Shown in pieces: positions 16,076 through 21,812 of a stretch of DNA of 40,723 nucleotides. Source of the stretch: Acidobacteriota bacterium (GTDB lineage: Bacteria > Acidobacteriota > Vicinamibacteria > Vicinamibacterales > Fen-181). The notes under the pieces are model-generated. The model ran no database searches and had not been told where the DNA came from. It saw only the letters and a list, made by a program, of their open reading frames with translations. A program made the position numbers and the translations under genes. The DNA lies in assembly GCA_021779795.1 (NCBI GenBank), contig JAJXZZ010000001.1, forward strand, positions 1 through 40,723, given 5' to 3'. Numbering within the stretch: the first letter of the stretch is position 1; every line of letters begins with the position of its first letter.

Positions 16076-17791
16076 ATGGAACCTGCGCGGGCCAAGGCGG
16101 TCGACTATCGGCGGTTGCGGGCGGAGATCACCTGGGAGGCGGCGAAGCGGGAGCTGGGATACGTCGAGGGCGGGTCGCTGAACATCGCCGACCTCTGCAT
16201 CGACCGGCACGTCATGGCGGGACGGGGAGACAAGGTCGCGCTCGTCCACGAGAACCACGAAGGCGACCTGCGGCGGTTCACCTATCGCGACCTCATGCTG
16301 CTCACCAACGGGTGGGCGTCCTTCCTTCGCGGACTCGGCGTCAGGAACCTCGATCGCGTCTGCCTCTTCCTCGACCGCGTGCCCGAGCTGTACATCGCCT
16401 TCATGGGCATCCTCAAGATCGGCGCGGTCGTCGAGCCGCTGTTCTCGGCGTTCGGCGAGGACGCGCTGCACGCCAGGATGGAGGACAGCGCCGCCACCGC
16501 CATCATCACCGAGCGCAAGCACCTCGGGAAGGTCCGCCGCGTGCGCGAGCGGCTGCCGTCGCTCAGGACCGTGATCGTCATCGACCACGACCCGGGCGGG
16601 CGCCCGCTGCGCGAGGGCGAGGTGGCGTACCCGATGGCGGCGAACCAGCTGGTGACCTTCCCGGTCTTCCGGGCCTTCGCCGAGACGCCGAGCGTGCTGC
16701 ACTACACGAGCGGCACGACGGGCAAGCCGAAGGGGGCGATGCACGTCCACGGGAGCATCTTCGCCCAGTACCTGACCACGAAGGTCGTGCTCGACCTGCG
16801 CGACGACGACGTGTACTGGTGCACGGCCGACCCGGGATGGGTGACCGGCACGAGCTACGGGATCATCGGGCCGTGGGCGCTCGGGGCGACGCAGGTCGTG
16901 CTCGACGCGGGGTTCTCGAGCGACCGGTGGTACGAGACGATCGAAAAGCACCGCGTGACCGTGTGGTACACGGCGCCGACCGCCATCCGGATGCTGATGA
17001 AGGACGGCCTCGAGCCGGTGGCCCGGCACGATCACTCGAGCCTGCGGCACATGTGCAGCGTCGGCGAGCCGCTCAACCCCGAGGCCGTGCGCTGGGGCCG
17101 CGAGGCGTTCGGCCTCGACTTCCACGACACCTTCTGGCAGACCGAGACGGGCGCGATCATGATCACCAACCTGCCCGGGATGCCGGTCAAGCCGGGGAGC
17201 ATGGGCCGGCCGTTCCCCGCGCTCGAGGCCGCGGTGGTCGACCCGCGCAGCGGGGAGCCGATCACGACCCCGGGGCGCGTCGGCCTGATCGCCATCCGGC
17301 CGCCGTGGCCGAGCCTGATGCGGACCTACTGGAACAACACGGCCACCTACTACGGCAAGTTCCTCAACGGCTGGTACATCTGCGGCGACCAGGCGAGCCT
17401 CGACCCGGACGGCTACTTCTGGTTCTGCGGGCGCGACGACGACGTGATCAACACGGCCGGGCACCTGGTGGGCCCGTTCGAGATCGAGAGCGCGCTGCTC
17501 GAGCACGAGGCGGTGGCCGAGTCGGCCGCCATCGGCAAGCCCGACCCGGTGAACATGGAGGTGGTCAAGGTGTTCGTCGCGCTGCGCCCCGGCTACGCGC
17601 CGAGCGCGGACCTCGAGCTGAGCATCATGAACCACGTGCGCAAGCGGCTCTCGCCGCTCGCCATGCCGCAGGAGATCGCGTTCGTGGACAAGGTGCCGAA
17701 GACGCGCAGCGGCAAGATCCTGCGGCGGGTGCTCCGGGCGCAGGAACTCGGACAACCCGTCGGGGACATCAGCACGATCGACGATAATTAG
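16076..17791 (+). CDS. AMP-forming acyl-CoA synthetase of the acetyl-CoA synthetase (short AcsA-like) type
   Basis: Start trimmed to ATG 16076 (MEPARAK), with GGAGG 6 nt upstream. Motifs YTSGTTGKPKG, ADPGWVTGTSYGIIGP, YTAPTAIRML, WQTETG, and A10 motif VPKTRSGKILRR. 571 aa. Confidence 0.88.
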   Translation: MEPARAKAVDYRRLRAEITWEAAKRELGYVEGGSLNIADLCIDRHVMAGRGDKVALVHENHEGDLRRFTYRDLMLLTNGWASFLRGLGVRNLDRVCLFLDRVPELYIAFMGILKIGAVVEPLFSAFGEDALHARMEDSAATAIITERKHLGKVRRVRERLPSLRTVIVIDHDPGGRPLREGEVAYPMAANQLVTFPVFRAFAETPSVLHYTSGTTGKPKGAMHVHGSIFAQYLTTKVVLDLRDDDVYWCTADPGWVTGTSYGIIGPWALGATQVVLDAGFSSDRWYETIEKHRVTVWYTAPTAIRMLMKDGLEPVARHDHSSLRHMCSVGEPLNPEAVRWGREAFGLDFHDTFWQTETGAIMITNLPGMPVKPGSMGRPFPALEAAVVDPRSGEPITTPGRVGLIAIRPPWPSLMRTYWNNTATYYGKFLNGWYICGDQASLDPDGYFWFCGRDDDVINTAGHLVGPFEIESALLEHEAVAESAAIGKPDPVNMEVVKVFVALRPGYAPSADLELSIMNHVRKRLSPLAMPQEIAFVDKVPKTRSGKILRRVLRAQELGQPVGDISTIDDN

Positions 17792-17797
17792 AAGCGC

Positions 17798-17825
17798 GCA
17801 AGCCGCAGGCCGCCAGGCGCAAGCC
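17798..17825. repeat. 4-unit heptamer array in the ligase-carrier spacer
   Basis: GCAAGCC GCAGGCC GCCAGGC GCAAGCC. It starts 6 nt after the ligase stop and ends at the GGGAGAGG Shine-Dalgarno of the carrier gene. Confidence 0.55.
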
Positions 17826-17838
17826 GGGAGAGGATTCG

Positions 17839-18090
17839 ATGAAGGAAATGATTCTCGAGTACATCAGGAACGAATACATCGACGACGACGAGGCGGACGA
17901 GGTCACGCTCGACGAGAACACGCCGCTGATTTCGAGCGGGATCGTGGACAGCTTCAGCATGGTGAGCCTGAAGCGGTTCCTCGAGAAGAAGTACTCCATT
18001 TCGATCCCCGACGAGGAAGCGTCGCCCGAGGCGTTCAACACCGTCACGAGCATCATCGCGCTCGTGAACAGGCACGTGGCGAAGAAGTAG
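17839..18090 (+). CDS. acyl/aminoacyl carrier protein, DltC-like
   Basis: 83-aa acidic track ORF with a good SD. The phosphopantetheine-serine motif SGIVDSFSMVSL resembles the DltC motif GIIDSF. It is visibly less GC-rich than its neighbours. Confidence 0.8.
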   Translation: MKEMILEYIRNEYIDDDEADEVTLDENTPLISSGIVDSFSMVSLKRFLEKKYSISIPDEEASPEAFNTVTSIIALVNRHVAKK

Positions 18091-18103
18091 GCGGTTCGCC
18101 GTT

Positions 18104-18182
18104 GTAGTGATCAGTGGCTAGTGGTGAGTGGTCAGCAGATCACGCGTGATCCTCCAGCCACGAGCCACTGACCACTTGCGAC
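18104..18182. repeat. mirror heptamer arrays (NNAGTGG x5 facing CCACNNN x3) around a perfect 14-nt palindrome; long imperfect hairpin in a convergent gap
   Basis: GTAGTGA TCAGTGG CTAGTGG TGAGTGG TCAGCAG (18104-18138), then GATCACGCGTGATC (18138-18151), then CCACGAG CCACTGA CCACTTG (18158-18178). Pairing about the centre at 18144/18145 gives recurring 4-5-bp GTGG/CCAC blocks every 7 nt. Confidence 0.75.
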
Positions 18183-18207
18183 CACGCCGCCCTGTCCCTC
18201 GTCCCTT

Positions 18208-20097
18208 CTACTTGAGCGAGATCCTGAGCTTGTACACGTCCCCGCTCGTCGCCATCTCGAGCGGGAACTTCATCTTCTCGAACACGCGCAGCATCGCCTC
18301 GTTCTCGCGCAGCACCTCGGCCGTGAAGCCGTGCAGCCCCTGCTTGCGGGCGATCTGCGTCAGGTGGGCGAGCAGTTCGGTGCCGACGCCCTGGTTCTGG
18401 TACGCGTCGGTCACGGCGAACGCCACGTTGGCCGTCAGGCCGTCCTCCTCGATGTAGTACTCGGCCAGCCCCAAGACCGGCGAGCGCGTCCCCTCGTCGG
18501 GGCAGGCGAGGATGACCATCTCGCGCCCGTAGTCGATCGCCACGAACTCCTGCAGCCGCTCGTGAGGCATGTCGCGCCGCGGCGTCATGAACCGCCGGTA
18601 CATGCTCTGGTCGGAGAGCGAGTAGAAGAAGTCCTTGAGCGCCGGCTCGTCGCTGATCTTCACCGGCCGCAGCAGCAGGGGGAGGCCCGTCTTGGTCGTC
18701 TTGCGCGCCTCGTGGTGCTCGGGGTACTCGCCGCGCTCGCCCGGCACGAACTCCTGGTCGCCGTACACGAGGTGCAGGCGGCGGGCCTCCTCGACGAGCC
18801 GGTGCCTGAAGGCCGGGTGCGCGATGGCGATCAGGTCCATCGCCCGCTCGCGGACGTTCTTGCCGTGGATGTGGGCGATGCCGTACTCGGTGACCACGTA
18901 GTGGACGTCGCCGCGGTTCAGCGTGGCGCCGGCCCCCTCGGGCAGGAACGGCACGATGCGCGACACGGCGCCGTCCTCGGCCGTGGACTGCAGGGCGAGG
19001 ATCGACTTGCCGCCCCGGGCGAGAATGGCGCCCCGCATGAAGTCGGCCTGCCCGCCGATGCCGCTGTAGAAGGAGCGGCCGATCGACTCGGCCGTCGCCT
19101 GGCCGGTCAGGTCGATCTGCAGCGCGCTGTTGATCGCGCACATCCGTTCCTGCCGCGCGATCACGACCGGGTCGTTCGTGTAGTCGATCGTCCTGAACTC
19201 GATCGCCGGGTTGCAGTGCACGAAGTCGTACGTCTCGCGGCTGCCCATGCAGAACGAGGTCACGGCCTGGCCGCGGTCCACGGTCTTGCGCGAGTTGTCG
19301 ATCACCCCCGCGCGGATGAGGTCCACCAGGCCGTCGGTGAGCAGCTCGGTGTGGACGCCCAGGTGCTTCTTCCGTCGGAGCGCCGACATGATCGCGTTCG
19401 GCACGCTGCCGTAGCCCGCCTGGATCGTGTCGCCGTCCTCGACGATGCGCGCGACGTACCGGCCGATGCGCTCCGCGATCGCGTCCGGCACGCTGGGCCG
19501 GTACTCCAGCAGCGGCTCGTCGAACGGGACGACGTAGTCCACCTCGTCGATGTGCAGGAAGCCGTCGCCCTGCACGCGCGGCATCTGCGGGTTGACCTGC
19601 GCGATGATCAGCCGCGCGCTCGCCGCCGCCGCCTTGACGATGTCCACCGAGATGCCGAGGCTCAGGTAGCCGTGGCGATCGGGGGGCGAGGTCTGGACGA
19701 GGGCGACGTCGATCGAGAGCACCCGGCGGTTGAACAGGTCGGGGACCTGCGACAGGAAGATCGGCGTGTAGTCGGCGAGCCCCTCGTTGACGGCCGACCG
19801 GGTGTTCGGGCCGACGAAGAACGCGTTCAGGCGGAAGTTCGACTTCAGCCGCTCGTCGGTGTACGGCGCCACGCCGAGCGTCCAGACCTGGATGATCTCG
19901 GCGTCGAAGAACGCCTTGGGGTGCGCCTTGACGTAGTCGGTGAGCGCCTGCACGAGGTGCTGCGGCTCGCCGCAGGCGGTGCCGAGGAAGATCCGGTCGC
20001 CCCGCCGGACGTGGGCGAACACCTCCTCCTCGGGCGGGAACTTCTCCGGGTACCGCGCCCGGAACCGCTCCAGGTCCTCCATCCCGGTCATCGGCAT
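18208..20097 (-). CDS. acetyl-CoA hydrolase/transferase (4-hydroxybutyrate CoA-transferase-like) fused to a C-terminal Pat-type GNAT acetyltransferase domain
   Basis: 629-aa track ORF. The N-terminal ~440 aa carry GTACGEPQHLVQAL and HYVVTEYGIAHIHGKNVRERAMDLIAIAHPAFR. The C-terminal ~170 aa carry LRPVKISDEPALKDFFYSLSDQSMYRRF and NQGVGTELLAHLTQIARKQGLHGFTAEVLRENEAMLRVFEK, a GNAT core as in protein lysine acetyltransferases. Confidence 0.85.
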   Translation of the reverse strand: MPMTGMEDLERFRARYPEKFPPEEEVFAHVRRGDRIFLGTACGEPQHLVQALTDYVKAHPKAFFDAEIIQVWTLGVAPYTDERLKSNFRLNAFFVGPNTRSAVNEGLADYTPIFLSQVPDLFNRRVLSIDVALVQTSPPDRHGYLSLGISVDIVKAAAASARLIIAQVNPQMPRVQGDGFLHIDEVDYVVPFDEPLLEYRPSVPDAIAERIGRYVARIVEDGDTIQAGYGSVPNAIMSALRRKKHLGVHTELLTDGLVDLIRAGVIDNSRKTVDRGQAVTSFCMGSRETYDFVHCNPAIEFRTIDYTNDPVVIARQERMCAINSALQIDLTGQATAESIGRSFYSGIGGQADFMRGAILARGGKSILALQSTAEDGAVSRIVPFLPEGAGATLNRGDVHYVVTEYGIAHIHGKNVRERAMDLIAIAHPAFRHRLVEEARRLHLVYGDQEFVPGERGEYPEHHEARKTTKTGLPLLLRPVKISDEPALKDFFYSLSDQSMYRRFMTPRRDMPHERLQEFVAIDYGREMVILACPDEGTRSPVLGLAEYYIEEDGLTANVAFAVTDAYQNQGVGTELLAHLTQIARKQGLHGFTAEVLRENEAMLRVFEKMKFPLEMATSGDVYKLRISLK

Positions 20098-20101
20098 CGC
20101 G

Positions 20102-20133
20102 CCCGCCTCCCCGCGGCCCGCCGCGGGGGCGGG
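20102..20133 (-). promoter_or_regulatory. GC-rich 5' leader hairpin that includes the Shine-Dalgarno of the CoA-transferase::GNAT gene
   Basis: CCCGCCTCCCCGCGG / CCGCGGGGGCGGG gives 13 bp with two single-nt bulges and a 4-nt loop. On the mRNA strand the 3' arm contains GGGGAGG and ends 4 nt before the AUG at 20097. Confidence 0.3.
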
Positions 20134-20205
20134 ACCGGGTAGAATGAAGCTGGCTCATTGTACATGGTGGCGTGGGCCGACTCCATTTCAGCGTGCCGGT
20201 GAGAC

Positions 20206-21633
20206 ATGGACGCGATCGATCAATACGCCAACGACCTCCTCGGGCGGGCGACGGCGGCCGCCGAGGCGTTCCGGACGTTCGGCCAGGAGCAGGTGGACCG
20301 CGTGGTCGAGGCGGTGTACACGGCCGCCTGGAACCACCGCGTCGAGTTCGCGCGGCTCGCCTTCGAGGAGACCGGCATGGGGATCCTCGAGGACAAGATC
20401 CTCAAGAACTCGTACGCCAGCCTGCTCGTGTACGAGGACATCCGGTGCCGGCCGACCGTCGGCGTCATCAGCCAGGACCCGGTGCTCGGCGTGTGCGAGG
20501 TGGCCCAGCCGCGGGGCCCCGTGCTCGCCACCATCCCGGTGACCAACCCCACCTCGACGACGATCTTCAAGGCGCTCATCTGCATGAAGACGCGCAACCC
20601 GGTCGTCTTCAGCCCGCACCGGGGGGCGCGCAAGTGCATCCGCGAGACGTGCCGGGTGCTGGCCGAGGCGGCCGAGGCCGCCGGCGCGCCCGCCAACGCG
20701 ATCCAGTACCTCGCGCGCTCGCAGCCGGAGTACGTCGAGCGGATCATGAAGCACCGGAAGCTGGCGCTGATCCTCGCCACCGGCACCAGCTCGATCGTCC
20801 GCACCGCGCAGCAGTCGGGCACCCCCACGCTCGGCGTCGGCCCGGGCAACGTCCCGATCTACGTCCACCGGTCCGCCGACATCGAGCACGCGGCCCGCTC
20901 GATCGTCTTCTCGAAGACGTTCGACCACAGCACCATCTGCGGATCGGAGCAGGCGATCGTCGTCGAGCCGGACGTGGACCGGCGGCTCCGCCCCCTGCTG
21001 GAGCGGGCGGGGGCGGTCTTCTGCACGCCCGACCAGACGCGGGCGCTCGGCGCCGCCTGCATCGATCTCGAGCGGCGGCGGATGAAGGCGGAGATCGTGG
21101 GCCAGTCGCCGCAGGTCATCGCGGCGCGCGCCGGCTTCGCGGTCCCCGAGGGCACGCGGATCCTGGTCGGCGAGCCCGAGGGCGTCGGGCCGGCCCACCC
21201 GCTGTCGTACGAGATCCTGGCGCCGGTGCTGGCGTACTACACGGTCGGCAGCTACGAGACGGCGATCGAGACGTGCGCGGCGCTCAACCGGTGGGGCGGC
21301 GTGGGCCACACCGTGGGCGTCTACGCGAACGACGAGTCGGTGGTGGAAGACTTCGCGATGATGAACGCCGGGCGGATCCTGGTCAACACGCCGTCGAGCC
21401 AGGGGGCGATCGGGGGGACGTTCAACACGCTGAGGCCGTCGCTGACGCTCTCGTGCGGCACCGAGGCGGGCAACGTCAGCACCGACAACATCTCGACCGA
21501 CCACCTGCTGAACATCCACCGCGTGGCGCGGATGCGCCCCAACACGCGCTGGCTCGAGAAGGCGCGCGCCCGCGCCGTGGACGAGCGCGTGGACGCCGAC
21601 GAGATACGCAGGATTTACAACAGGAACTGGTAG
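20206..21633 (+). CDS. CoA-acylating aldehyde dehydrogenase (AdhE N-terminal / EutE-PduP type acetaldehyde dehydrogenase)
   Basis: 475-aa track ORF. Motifs PVTNPTST, GPGNVP, catalytic Cys in FDHSTICGSEQ, and GVGHTVGVY, colinear with acetylating aldehyde dehydrogenases. Confidence 0.85.
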   Translation: MDAIDQYANDLLGRATAAAEAFRTFGQEQVDRVVEAVYTAAWNHRVEFARLAFEETGMGILEDKILKNSYASLLVYEDIRCRPTVGVISQDPVLGVCEVAQPRGPVLATIPVTNPTSTTIFKALICMKTRNPVVFSPHRGARKCIRETCRVLAEAAEAAGAPANAIQYLARSQPEYVERIMKHRKLALILATGTSSIVRTAQQSGTPTLGVGPGNVPIYVHRSADIEHAARSIVFSKTFDHSTICGSEQAIVVEPDVDRRLRPLLERAGAVFCTPDQTRALGAACIDLERRRMKAEIVGQSPQVIAARAGFAVPEGTRILVGEPEGVGPAHPLSYEILAPVLAYYTVGSYETAIETCAALNRWGGVGHTVGVYANDESVVEDFAMMNAGRILVNTPSSQGAIGGTFNTLRPSLTLSCGTEAGNVSTDNISTDHLLNIHRVARMRPNTRWLEKARARAVDERVDADEIRRIYNRNW

Positions 21634-21662
21634 GGCGGGGACGGGAACGCCGGCAGCGGAGA

Positions 21663-21754
21663 GCGGATCACGGAGGGAGGCCGGGCAGCGGCTCGGCGGC
21701 CAGCGGACCTCCGCCGCCAGCCGCCGGATCTCCCGTCTTCGGACCGTGATCCGC
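21663..21754. repeat. 92-nt element bounded by perfect 11-nt inverted repeats
   Basis: GCGGATCACGG (21663-21673) and CCGTGATCCGC (21744-21754). The interior is partly self-complementary (GGGAG/CTCCC, CCGG/CCGG) and contains a GTC-TTCG-GAC mini-hairpin. It lies downstream of the aldehyde dehydrogenase stop. Confidence 0.5.
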
Positions 21755-21762
21755 CACCCGCT

Positions 21763-21811
21763 TACTTCGTACTTCTTACTTCGTACTTCTTACTTCGTAC
21801 TTCCTACTTCT
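21763..21811. repeat. 7-unit heptamer array of TACTTCN units
   Basis: TACTTCG TACTTCT TACTTCG TACTTCT TACTTCG TACTTCC TACTTCT. It ends 1 nt from the aconitase stop codon (21813-21815). Confidence 0.9.
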
Positions 21812-21812
21812 T

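Noticed and set aside
17839-18090. Lower GC content of the carrier-protein gene as evidence of horizontal transfer.
   Set aside because: The drop is explained by the Lys/Glu/Ile/Asn/Tyr-rich composition of a small acidic carrier protein. The gene is embedded in an operon with a good SD and no flanking mobility signatures.
14676-20097. Direct call of a bacterial sphingolipid/ceramide cluster (Spt + ACP + ACP-ligase + GNAT CerS).
   Set aside because: The alpha-oxoamine synthase is motif-for-motif Kbl-like (VRPIAGT, SDELNHASIIDG, VDDAHASGVFGRNGRG, PIVPKGKARVRT). The ligase has an acetate-sized ACS pocket motif rather than a fatty-acyl one. The GNAT resembles Pat-type protein acetyltransferases. 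No reductase is adjacent. I keep the resemblance only as an architectural analogy in the ligase/carrier finding.
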